Assembly: GCA_021802125.1 (NCBI GenBank)
Contig: JAKAAX010000001.1
Span: 173,652 to 237,651, forward strand
Origin: Thermoplasmata archaeon
GTDB taxonomy: Archaea > Thermoplasmatota > Thermoplasmata > Lutacidiplasmatales > UBA184
Direction: 5' to 3'
DNA length: 64,000 bases
Below the pieces are notes generated by a model, which saw only the letters and a list, made by a program, of their open reading frames with translations, had not been told where the DNA came from and did no database searches. Every line of letters starts with the position of its first letter. Position 1 is the stretch's first letter. The translations under genes were made by a program, and so were the position numbers. Shown one piece after another: positions 8,701-16,626 of the stretch.

Positions 8701-10570
8701 CGAGGGAGGTCCCCGCCGAGAGGGTCACCCCTCCGGTGTAGATCATCCAGAACCACGTGCCACCGATGGCGGAGACGTCCGGGACCCCGCGGTTGGTTCC
8801 GGAGAAACCGGTCATCCCGGTCTGATAGTACGGGGCCGCGACGGAGGAGTAACCTCCCGTGGAGCCCTCGTTGTTCCCGCAGCTGGACTGGAAGGTCCCG
8901 TTCCAGGCGAACTCGCGGAGGAAGATGCCGCTCGGCTGTGGGTAGACGTCCGTCCCGCCCACGCCGACCCCGGTCGGGAAGTCCGCCGGCTCGTCGCGGC
9001 TCCCCGCCGTGAAGGCGCCGCAGTCGCCGCTCGAGCTCTGGTAGCTCTCGCCCTGGCTCGCGGCCTTCGTCCAGCACGTGTTGGCGACGGTGCCTCCTCC
9101 CCAGCTGTTCGAAGCGAGGTAGACCCCGTTCGAGAGCGTGTTCCAGGTGCAGTCGCCCTCCTGGATGGTGGAGTCGGCGAGGTCGACCACGATGGTCGCG
9201 TTGGGGGCCATCGCGTGGACGGCCTCCATGTCGAGCAGCGTCTCTCCGGACCAGCCGGAGGAGCCCCCGATGCACGACGACGCGCCGGTCCCGATGAGTT
9301 GCACGGTGGGCGCGGGCAGGCCCATGTCCGTCGAGTAGGTGGCGAGGTCGCTCTGGTAGCTGGAATAGCCGGGGTCGCAGAGCTCGTCCAGCCCGATCTT
9401 CGTGCCCTGCCCGCTCATGCCCATCCTCGCGAGGGTGGACGCGTCGTAGTAGAGCTGGTCCGTCGCGGGAGAGACTCCCGGGACGAGGCCCACGTCGTAG
9501 GAGGAGCTGCCGCCCGCGCTGTCGTTCACGAAGACCGTGACGTTCCCGCAGACCACCACGTCGCAGTAGTCCGATTGTCCCGGCTCGTAGTAGGAGTGGA
9601 AGTTCGCGAGGGAGGTCGCGCTCGTGACGAAGTTCTGGATCGTGCCGTCGAACCAGTGCCAGCTCACCTTGTACGGCGGCGTGCCGCCCGAGAGCGAGAG
9701 CGTCCAGGTGGTGTTCAGGTTCGTCGGCGGGAAGGCGATCGCGGTGTTCGCGGGGTGATACTGGATGATGTAGGGACTGGTGATGTTGATCACCAGCGCC
9801 GCGCTCCCGATCGACGGAACGGTCGAAGGAGACGGGGCGACCTCAAAGTGGGGGGCCCGTAGAAGGTCCACCGGGACCGGCGGGACCAGGGTCTGGAAGC
9901 CCCCGGACACCGACGCACCGAGGGGAGCGAAAGCGGAGGGCAGAGCGAGCGGTTGGGCCGGTCCGAACCCACTGCGCCCGGAGAGCTCGCCCTGGGAGAA
10001 GGTGGTGCCGAAGGCGGCACCCATGTTCCCGGCCGTCCCGACCAGGTTCCACAGGTACGGGCTGGTCTGGGTGACCTGGATGTCGTGCATCTCAAAGTAG
10101 GACAGGAGAGAGGCCTGGAGGGAGGCGTCCGGGGCGAAGGCGGCGTCGAACTGGTTCCCGACCAGGAAGTGGTGGTACTGGGGGCTCCCGGGCGTGTAGA
10201 TCTGGTTCAGGAGCTGCTGCTGGGCCGCGGCGTTCTGCGAAGGGAAGCTGAGCCCACCCGCGACCTCCGTGTTGGCCGCGAGGGCTCCGTTCCACTTCGC
10301 ACCCACGAGGCTCGGCAGGGCACCCGCTTGGATGGCCAGGTTCGGCGTCGCCCCCTGGGGGAGCGCATGCCCCGAGGCTCCGGTGCCGGAGGGGAGGGCC
10401 AGGGCGGGAGAAGCGGAGAACGCCAGGAGGGCGAGCGCGAGCAGCGCGAGGGCAATGCCGACGACCGGCGGCTCCACCTTTCTCGCTCGCATCGCTCGCT
10501 TCGACGACCGGCTCGACCGCTGCTCCAAAGAGACGCCCAACATGTTCGTGCACCGAGAGAGGACCGACAC
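5798..10570 (-). CDS. Membrane-anchored S53 (sedolisin/kumamolisin-like) serine protease with PKD/Ig-like repeats
   Basis: Signal peptide; prodomain (IYTPGSPQYHHFL); ETLLD, SSGDCG, RGVPDVSA, GTSLACP, WDPVTGLGS; PKD WxFGDG repeats; C-terminal TM helix and Pro/Ala tail. Start uncertain (10570, 10543 or 10492). Confidence 0.88.
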   Translation of the reverse strand: MSVLSRCTNMLGVSLEQRSSRSSKRAMRARKVEPPVVGIALALLALALLAFSASPALALPSGTGASGHALPQGATPNLAIQAGALPSLVGAKWNGALAANTEVAGGLSFPSQNAAAQQQLLNQIYTPGSPQYHHFLVGNQFDAAFAPDASLQASLLSYFEMHDIQVTQTSPYLWNLVGTAGNMGAAFGTTFSQGELSGRSGFGPAQPLALPSAFAPLGASVSGGFQTLVPPVPVDLLRAPHFEVAPSPSTVPSIGSAALVINITSPYIIQYHPANTAIAFPPTNLNTTWTLSLSGGTPPYKVSWHWFDGTIQNFVTSATSLANFHSYYEPGQSDYCDVVVCGNVTVFVNDSAGGSSSYDVGLVPGVSPATDQLYYDASTLARMGMSGQGTKIGLDELCDPGYSSYQSDLATYSTDMGLPAPTVQLIGTGASSCIGGSSGWSGETLLDMEAVHAMAPNATIVVDLADSTIQEGDCTWNTLSNGVYLASNSWGGGTVANTCWTKAASQGESYQSSSGDCGAFTAGSRDEPADFPTGVGVGGTDVYPQPSGIFLREFAWNGTFQSSCGNNEGSTGGYSSVAAPYYQTGMTGFSGTNRGVPDVSAIGGTWFWMIYTGGVTLSAGTSLACPTYTAMLDLMWQYNSSTPKPQGMANYNLYTIAKGANYDVAMHDVVVGNNIHGTAPPGFGYTTTVGWDPVTGLGSADVGKLAMFLASQNGNTGAFGALTAFLAANVTFGNTSLAVDFGADVTGGSSPLTGYSYAWNFGDGGTATTSLAWTTHTYTSPGIYWPTVTVTQGANSGSSNSVMIHVRGATGGSTGGPSVGSITASPSSADTGQSVTFTPSVSGGTTPYTYSWSTAPATGLGCGSLTGATLTCTPTASSVYTVSLKVTDKNGNSGTGSAPAYTVYPTPTVGVPAPSTTAPVVGTAFTFTATAGLSGSGSDVYSWTQSASGLGCTSANALSISCTPTTAGTYTVTAKVTDSNGGVGSNTSASLTVSGGAGSGPSVTAPVGSPTSVDVGQTVSFTTVASGGTAPYTYAWSSTPSAGLGCSNSATSTWTCVPTAAGTYTVGVTVTDSASKTGSSSATYVVSADPSITTPVASVGGVDVGGTVTFSSTVSSIGSGGDVLLWTISPGTGLGCPNTASTSITCVPVTAGTYTATFKLTDSNGFSVSSPSAPFTVSPDPSLSTPAPSPSSVQVGGTVTFTTTVTNPGAGSDQLTWSASTALFGCSTSTTTSYSCTPTAAGTGYTVTVVLTDANGVTARGTSAPFTVSPTSGALAATASCSPASGPAPLSVQCTGSGSGGAPPYTYAWTFGDGGTGTGSVASHTYTRSGTFTATVVVTDSASSTASGKATVSVQSAGALSVNLAPSPNPANVGQAVSFTSTIVGGTGPYVYSWHFGDGGMSAAADPTHVYNTSGAFNAVLFVNDSAGHSGVANVPVAVNGGSSPSPGNGGFLNSMVGPIPMWALLLILVVAAIAAGIVAIAVGRHRGPKHPKGQDPAWDASYAGPPPGGAPGYGPSAGGSLPPDVAVPAGAAAGAGAGAAAASSPPPAAPPPAPAPAPAPAPAPARAPAPAGRPIDEVAPDPFGGKSSR

Positions 10571-10704
10571 GGATCTGACCGACTCCCGGCGAGGCTCGAG
10601 GACCTTTCGGGCCCTAGTTAAGCGCTTCGCGGGCGCTAGCGCGCGCGTCGCCAGTCCGGGGGGGAAGCGACCGGGCAGGGAGGGCCCGGGCTCTCGACCG
10701 GGTC

Positions 10705-13700
10705 CTACCTTCGCCCACCGAACGGGTCAGGGGCGACCTCGTCGATGGGGCGGTCCGTGGGGGGTGGCCTCTTGGGCGCCGCCGCGGGCGGTGGGGGCGG
10801 TGGAGGGGGAGGAGGCGGCGGGGGAGGGGCCTGGGCTGGCGCGGGGCCCGCGCCCACCGAGGGCGCGACCTCGTCCGAGCTGGGGGCGACGTCGTGGCCG
10901 TCCGAGGTGACCGAACCGCTTCCCGCCGGCATGGGCCCGGGAGACGGGGCCACCGTGTCCGAAGCTGCGGGAGGGGGGGGGGGGGGGGATGCGGGAGGCA
11001 TCCCGGAGTAGGCGGGGTAAGCGGTTGGAGCGCCGGCGGCCACGGAGGGGCCCATCGCTCCACCCGGGGCCCCGTAGGGGGGCATGGGGGCACCTCCCAG
11101 GGGCACCGGCTCGTAGCCCATGGGTGCTCCACCCATCGATCCCTCGGCGGCGGCCACGGCGGCCCGGTTCCGGTGCCGTCGGACCAGGAGGGCGGCCGCG
11201 ATCGCGGCGATGACCACCACCAACAGGAGCAGCAGCAGCCACGGGTTGATGGATCCCATGAACCCGAACTGGTTGACCGCGGCGTTCACCGTCACCGAGA
11301 CCGAGGAGACGGCCGAGTGCCCGGCGGTGTCGTTCGCCCAGACGGTGGCGACGTAGGTGCCGGCCGAAGCGAACGCGTGCGAAGGGGTCGCGCCGGTCGC
11401 GGTCTGACCGTCCGTGAAACGCCAGGTGTAGACGTACTGACCGCTCCCGCCGGAGGCGCTCGCGGTGAAGGCCACGTTCTGGCCCACCGAGCTCGACGTC
11501 GGGTTGGCGGAGGCCTTCACCGTCAGGCCGCCCCCGCTCACGGGGTTCACCTGGACCGTCAGCGAGGTGCTCGCGCTCTTGCCGGAGCTGTCCGTGACCG
11601 TCAGGGACGCCGTGTAGGTTCCGGCCACGGAGTAGGTGTGCGTCGGGCTCTGGACCGCGCTGGTCCCCCCGTCCCCTAGGTTCCAGGTGTACGAGGCGTA
11701 GGGAGGCGTCCCTCCGGAGGCCGAGCCCACGAAGGCGACCACGAGCGGGGCGGTCCCGGAGGCGGGGGTCGCGGTGGGGAGCGCGGTCAGCGGACCGGAC
11801 GGAGCGACGACCGTGAGCGCGGAGGACGTCGCGCCCGAGGTCCCCCCATCCTGGTCGGTCACCGAGACCGTGACCGTGAAGGTGCCGGTCGCGGAGGGAG
11901 TGCAAGCTGCGACCGTCCCCGCGGAGGCCGTGCAGGTCAGAGACGACGAGGAGCCGACCCACGAGAAGGTGTCATGCCCGCTACCGGGCGAGGTCAACGT
12001 CGTCGAGAAGGACGCGGTCTGACCCGTGGACACCTGGGCCGGCGTGGGGGTCGGGCTCGTGAGCGAGGGAAGTGGGAAGACCTGGAAGTTCGCGCTCGTG
12101 GCCTTTGCGCTCCCGCCGTTCGAGTCGTGCACGGTCACCGTGACCGTGTAGTTGCCCGAGCCGGTCGGGACGCAGAGGACGGAGTTCGTCGCGGACGATC
12201 CGCACCCGAGCCCGCTCCCGGGAGAGGCGACCCAAACGTAGGTGTCGCCTCCGGAGCCGGCCCCCGTCAGCGTGGCGTTGAAGTACACGCCCTGCCCGAC
12301 GTCAACGCTGGTCCGGGACGCGAGGGGGGTCCCGACGGACGGGGCGGAGGTCACCGTGAACGGTGAGCTCGCGGAGCCGGTGTGCCCCTGGGAGTCGGTC
12401 GCAGAGATCGTCACCTGGTAGCTGCCAGCGTTGGTCGGCGTGCACGAGATGGTCAGCGCGTTCGCGCCGAGGCATCCGAGGCCCGTGCTAGGGCTCACGC
12501 TCCAGGTGTACTGGTCGCTCCCGGCCCCGGGGCTTAAGAGGGAGCTCGTGAAGGTCACGGTCTCGCCGACGTCCGCGGAGCTCGGGCTCGCGACCGGAGC
12601 GCTGACCGACGGGTTGGTGCTCACGGTGAACGACGCGGAGGTCGCGGATCCGCTCCCGCCGTTGGAGTCGGTGACGGTGATGGTCGTGGTGTAGGTCCCG
12701 CTCGCGGTGGGCGTGCAGGAGATCGAGAGCGCGTTGGCGCTGGTGCACCCGAGGCCGGTGGGAGCGCTCGTCCAGGCATACGTGGTGCTCCCGGACCCGG
12801 GGCTGGACAGGGTGCTCGTGAAGCTCACGGGGGCTCCGACCGAGCCGACGGGCGTGGAGGGTGTGGGCGCGGTCACGGTGGGAAGCGGGGAGACCGTGTA
12901 GGAGGAGGCGGGAGAGGTCCCTACGCCCCCGTTCGAGTCGGTGACGGCGACCACGATGGAGTAGGTTCCCGCGGCCGTGGGGGCGCAGGCGACCGTCGTG
13001 GCGGTGGAGGCGGAACATCCGAGGCCGGAGCTGGGGGTGACGGTCCAGGCGAAGGTGTTGGTGCCCGAGCCCCCGGAGGCCGTGGTGGAGAAGGTCACGG
13101 ACTGACCGACGTCCGCGCTGGCCGGGGTGGCGGTGGGCGCCGTCGCCGTTGGAAGGGCGTAGACCGAGAAGCTGGGAGATGTCGCCGAGGCCGTGTGCGC
13201 CGCGGAGTCCGTGACCGTGACGGTCATGGTGTAGCTCCCGGCGGCGGTCGGAGTGCAGGTGACCGTGCTGATGGACGATGCGCTGCATCCCATTCCCGCC
13301 GAGGGAGTCGTGGACCAAACGTAGGAGTACGGGGAGGTCCCGCCCGTGACGGTCACGGACCAGCTGACGGAGGTCCCGAGGTCGACGCTGGAAGGGCTCG
13401 GGGTTGGGGTGGAAACGGTGAGGCCTCCCCCTCCTCCGCCTCCGAAGCTCCAGCTCTGGACCCAGGTGTCCCATTCGTAGCAGCCCGAGCCGGTGCATCC
13501 GTGCTTGCCGGTCCACTCGCCGAAGCCCCACATCGTCTGGGAGGAGAGGTCCGTCGCCGCACCGGAGTAGTCGCCGAACCGGGTCGCGGCCGATCCTGCG
13601 GCGGTCCCCTTCTGGACCACCGTGGGGGTCTCGATCGTGCCGGTGGCGTCGGTGACCGCCTGCCCCGAGATCGCAACGCTGGGGTAGGAGGTGCTGCTAG

Positions 13701-15144
13701 AGAAGCTGTAGAGGAGGCCCATGTTCTGCGACGAGTCCAGGGTGACCGCCGGGTAGAACGCGTTCTCTCCGGAGGGGGTCCAGATGAAGTCCTGGACCAG
13801 CGAGGCCGTCGTGGTGTTCACCTGCCAGAGGTGGACACAGCTCGCGGCCCCACCGGAGCAGCTCCCGTCGTTCGCCGCCGCCCACATGTCACCGGCGCGC
13901 CACACCGCCGAACCGATCCGGTTGTCGTTCGTGACGACGGTGCCCCCGCTAGGCATCGGGGCCCCGCCCGGGGCGGTGGAGGTCGTTGAGAAGTTCTTGA
14001 ACGTGAAATGGTAGGCCGACGGCGGGGCCCCCGAGAGCGCGACGTAGTTCAGCTGGGAAGAGGACTGCATGTTCGAGCTGAGGAAGTAGATCGTGGAGGA
14101 GAGCGAGAGCATCTCCGCCGCATGGACGGACGCGTAGGCCGCCCAGGGCCCCACGATCAGGTAGGTGGGGGCGGTCCCGGCGAGCGCCTGCGACTTGTTG
14201 ATGACGAAGATGACCGCGCCGGCGAAGGTCGCTCCGCCCGCGAAGTCGTTGCCCGAGAGCGAGATGGTGTTCGCGCCCACCCCCACGTTGATCTGGTCGG
14301 GCAGGTCGCCCGAGGTCCCCGTGTGGTTCGGCATGTGGACCAGGTAGGTGTGCCAGACCAGCGGGGAGCTCGAGGTGGAGACCCCCAGGTAGGCGTCGCC
14401 GTAGTTCGACACGCTGATCATCTCGGCGAACCAGCGTCCCGAGATCGGGTCGTAGTGGATGTTCGGGTCGGAGAGGCAGTTCGACGTGCAAGAGGTGTTC
14501 AGGAGCGCATCCATCGTGCCGCTCGAGACCACGGTGCCCGAGGTGGTCCAGATCTCGTAGGCCGAGTTCACGGTCTCCATGACGTAGCCGGCTCCCACCG
14601 ATCCGGTGGTGTCCGGCGGCGTGCAGCCGCAGTTGTTCGGCGCCTTGTTGTTCAGTGCGTTCCAGCCGAGGGTGCCGTTGGTGTAGGTGAAGGGGGTGGA
14701 CCGCGGGGCGATGACCAGCGGGTCTGGCGCGGTGGGAGTGGCGGACCGGAAGTCCGGAAGGTGGACGACGCCAAGGTCCTGAGCGACCTCGACCTTTCCG
14801 AACTGCGAGCGGTCGAGGGGGTGCGGAGTGCCGACAGGGAGGCCGGGGATCGAGAGGTGGGGGACCGAGGAGGTCGTGAGGGGCGAGGCCTGGGCGGGGG
14901 CGGATGCGGTGGCGGTGGGAGTGGCGGTGGTGGCGGTGGTGGCAGTGGTGGCGGCGGCCGTCGCGGAGGAGTGCGCGACAGTTCCTGCGCCCAGCCCGGC
15001 CAACGAGGTGGCGGGGAGGCTCACCAAGGCCAGGAGAACCATCAGGGCGACGATCGTCAACGTCCACGCGCTCAGAAGCCACCGTTGGCCGGTCATGGGG
15101 TATGCGGCGTCCTCTCTCGAGAGGAACGCCATGCCATGCGCCAC
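10705..15144 (-). CDS. Large membrane-anchored surface protein: N-terminal beta-rich domain (PPDT...RFGDYS) plus PKD/Ig-like repeats
   Basis: Signal peptide, Thr/Ala linker, ~400-aa globular domain, about 8 Ser/Thr-rich repeats, TM helix (WLLLLLLVVVIAAIAAALLV-RRHR), Pro-rich tail. Start uncertain. Confidence 0.8.
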   Translation of the reverse strand: MAHGMAFLSREDAAYPMTGQRWLLSAWTLTIVALMVLLALVSLPATSLAGLGAGTVAHSSATAAATTATTATTATPTATASAPAQASPLTTSSVPHLSIPGLPVGTPHPLDRSQFGKVEVAQDLGVVHLPDFRSATPTAPDPLVIAPRSTPFTYTNGTLGWNALNNKAPNNCGCTPPDTTGSVGAGYVMETVNSAYEIWTTSGTVVSSGTMDALLNTSCTSNCLSDPNIHYDPISGRWFAEMISVSNYGDAYLGVSTSSSPLVWHTYLVHMPNHTGTSGDLPDQINVGVGANTISLSGNDFAGGATFAGAVIFVINKSQALAGTAPTYLIVGPWAAYASVHAAEMLSLSSTIYFLSSNMQSSSQLNYVALSGAPPSAYHFTFKNFSTTSTAPGGAPMPSGGTVVTNDNRIGSAVWRAGDMWAAANDGSCSGGAASCVHLWQVNTTTASLVQDFIWTPSGENAFYPAVTLDSSQNMGLLYSFSSSTSYPSVAISGQAVTDATGTIETPTVVQKGTAAGSAATRFGDYSGAATDLSSQTMWGFGEWTGKHGCTGSGCYEWDTWVQSWSFGGGGGGGLTVSTPTPSPSSVDLGTSVSWSVTVTGGTSPYSYVWSTTPSAGMGCSASSISTVTCTPTAAGSYTMTVTVTDSAAHTASATSPSFSVYALPTATAPTATPASADVGQSVTFSTTASGGSGTNTFAWTVTPSSGLGCSASTATTVACAPTAAGTYSIVVAVTDSNGGVGTSPASSYTVSPLPTVTAPTPSTPVGSVGAPVSFTSTLSSPGSGSTTYAWTSAPTGLGCTSANALSISCTPTASGTYTTTITVTDSNGGSGSATSASFTVSTNPSVSAPVASPSSADVGETVTFTSSLLSPGAGSDQYTWSVSPSTGLGCLGANALTISCTPTNAGSYQVTISATDSQGHTGSASSPFTVTSAPSVGTPLASRTSVDVGQGVYFNATLTGAGSGGDTYVWVASPGSGLGCGSSATNSVLCVPTGSGNYTVTVTVHDSNGGSAKATSANFQVFPLPSLTSPTPTPAQVSTGQTASFSTTLTSPGSGHDTFSWVGSSSSLTCTASAGTVAACTPSATGTFTVTVSVTDQDGGTSGATSSALTVVAPSGPLTALPTATPASGTAPLVVAFVGSASGGTPPYASYTWNLGDGGTSAVQSPTHTYSVAGTYTASLTVTDSSGKSASTSLTVQVNPVSGGGLTVKASANPTSSSVGQNVAFTASASGGSGQYVYTWRFTDGQTATGATPSHAFASAGTYVATVWANDTAGHSAVSSVSVTVNAAVNQFGFMGSINPWLLLLLLVVVIAAIAAALLVRRHRNRAAVAAAEGSMGGAPMGYEPVPLGGAPMPPYGAPGGAMGPSVAAGAPTAYPAYSGMPPASPPPPPPAASDTVAPSPGPMPAGSGSVTSDGHDVAPSSDEVAPSVGAGPAPAQAPPPPPPPPPPPPPPAAAPKRPPPTDRPIDEVAPDPFGGRR
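10973..10988. repeat. G16/C16 homopolymer inside the surface-protein CDS
   Basis: 16 consecutive G on + strand, encoding S-P-P-P-P-P on - strand. Confidence 0.9.
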
Positions 15145-15327
15145 CGTGGCTCCCTATGTAATCGTTCTGGCGGATGGAGCGCCGCCGAGAGGGACCAGGG
15201 GGTCGGACCGGTAAGGCCGGCTACGCAAGAGCGGGAGCCTGGGGGCTTCGTTCGGTGCCCGCCGGCCAGGAACTCGACACGTCCGAGAAAGGTCTCGGAC
15301 CTCAGGGAGGGCGGAGAAAGGTCGGAT

Positions 15328-15357
15328 GGGCCCGAAGGGCCCGAAGGCCCCGAAGGC
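15328..15357 (-). repeat. Three tandem CCTTCGGG units directly after the rpoP stop; can fold GGGCC-UUCG-GGCCC
   Basis: Minus strand reads TGA GCCTTCGGG GCCTTCGGG CCCTTCGGG CCC. Confidence 0.6.
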
Positions 15358-15492
15358 TCAGCGCGCCTTCAGGACCTTCTTGACGTTGGGGTGCTCCTTG
15401 TAGAAGATCTTCCCGCCGCAGTTGTCGCAGCGGACCCCGAAGAGGTTCGCGTCGGAGGGGAGTGGCTCGTGGCAACGGATGCAGCGGAACAT
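15358..15492 (-). CDS. rpoP: DNA-directed RNA polymerase subunit P (Rpo12), not in the supplied ORF track
   Basis: Hand-translated: MFRCIRCHEPLPSDANLFGVRCDNCGGKIFYKEHPNVKKVLKAR (44 aa, two CxxC). Canonical position after rpl37ae. Confidence 0.93.
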   Translation of the reverse strand: MFRCIRCHEPLPSDANLFGVRCDNCGGKIFYKEHPNVKKVLKAR

Positions 15493-15509
15493 GACGACCC
15501 GTGGGCGTT

Positions 15510-15818
15510 TCAGTCGGCGGTCCCCTTAACCTTTCCCTTCCCCGCGGGGCTGGCGGTGCCCGGGGCGGTCTCTTCCTCGACCCGGAAGATCGAGGGGGCC
15601 GGGCGGAAGGCGTACGCGTCAGAGGCAAAGGTCCGGTCGCAGCGGCTGCAGTGCCAGATCCCCGAACCCTGGCGGCGGACCGACAGGGTGGAGCACTTCG
15701 GACAGGAGTAGGTCGCGATGCGGCCCTTCTCCACTTCTATGGTCTTGCGACGGATACGGATCCCGTACCGGGGTCCCATCCAGCCGGTGATCCCGACCTT
15801 CTTCGTGCGCTTGGACAT
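15510..15818 (-). CDS. rpl37ae: 50S ribosomal protein L37ae (eL43)
   Basis: MSKRTKKVG...GPRYG, CPKC...GIWHCSRC zinc ribbon. Confidence 0.96.
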   Translation of the reverse strand: MSKRTKKVGITGWMGPRYGIRIRRKTIEVEKGRIATYSCPKCSTLSVRRQGSGIWHCSRCDRTFASDAYAFRPAPSIFRVEEETAPGTASPAGKGKVKGTAD

Positions 15819-15846
15819 CGCGACCCCCTGGGCTCGGCTTCTCCCT

Positions 15847-16626
15847 TTAGAGCTTTCGGATAAGGTCGCGCAGGCGGTCGCCGTGGGCGAACGCGCGGTC
15901 GGTGAGCTCCATCACGTCCTGCGGAGAGAAGGCGCCGATCTTGCCCTTCTGCATCGCGACGACGTTCCCGGCCTCGTCCGTGGCGATGGTGAGGCGCCCC
16001 TGGCAGGCGATCTCCTCCTCGCGTGCGGGGTCGACCACGATGGCGTCGCCGAGACGGACGAAGGTCGTCTCGATCGGCACGTGCTTCGGGTTGAGCGGGC
16101 GGTCCTCCCCGACCTCGAACTTCTTCGCGGGGACGGTCGTGTGGGTGAGCGCCGCCGAGGCGGCGAGCATCGCGGCGTCGATCAAGTTGCCGCTGTGGTC
16201 GAGCACGTGGCAGTCCACGTAGCAGACCCAGACCTTCTCCTGGGGGGTGATGCAGAGCCCTGCGAGGTCGACAGCGTCGGCCGCGCGGATGGCCCGGTCC
16301 ACGACCCGGGAGGTCTCGATCGCTTCCACCGTCGGCGGGCCCGGCTCGAACACCGGGGACGAGAGAGGCACGAGCTCCGCGTTCGTCGTGAGGACCCCGG
16401 CGTTCGGGGTGTCGGGGAAGGGCTTGCCGACCTCGACCTTGATACCGGAGAGGACCTTCGTCCCTCCGATCTCCGCGAGCGCGCTGCCGTCGGCGCTCGC
16501 GACGTAGCCCAGAGTGATCTTCACCGGGCGCATGTCGTCCAGACCCCGCCCGTCGAGCCGGTGACCCTTCTTCGCCAGGTCCAGCACGTGGGTGGTCATG
16601 ATCTCGGCGGCGACCTCTCCGCTCAT
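15847..16626 (-). CDS. rrp42: Exosome complex component Rrp42
   Basis: RLDGRGLDDMR, PFPDTPNAGVL, FEPGPP, SRVVDRAIR, GNLIDA; follows rrp41. Confidence 0.96.
   Translation of the reverse strand: MSGEVAAEIMTTHVLDLAKKGHRLDGRGLDDMRPVKITLGYVASADGSALAEIGGTKVLSGIKVEVGKPFPDTPNAGVLTTNAELVPLSSPVFEPGPPTVEAIETSRVVDRAIRAADAVDLAGLCITPQEKVWVCYVDCHVLDHSGNLIDAAMLAASAALTHTTVPAKKFEVGEDRPLNPKHVPIETTFVRLGDAIVVDPAREEEIACQGRLTIATDEAGNVVAMQKGKIGAFSPQDVMELTDRAFAHGDRLRDLIRKL

Noticed and set aside
6098-9862. 1254-aa plus-strand ORF and similar long ORFs (for example 31936-35388, 39524-41944, 55325-58174)
   Set aside because: Antisense or alternate-frame shadows of recognisable genes; R/G/P-rich with no motifs, as expected in very GC-rich DNA.
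6200-13450. Periodic DNA similarity suggestive of a CRISPR or non-coding repeat array
   Set aside because: Explained by degenerate protein-domain repeats; no identical repeat-spacer structure and no cas genes.
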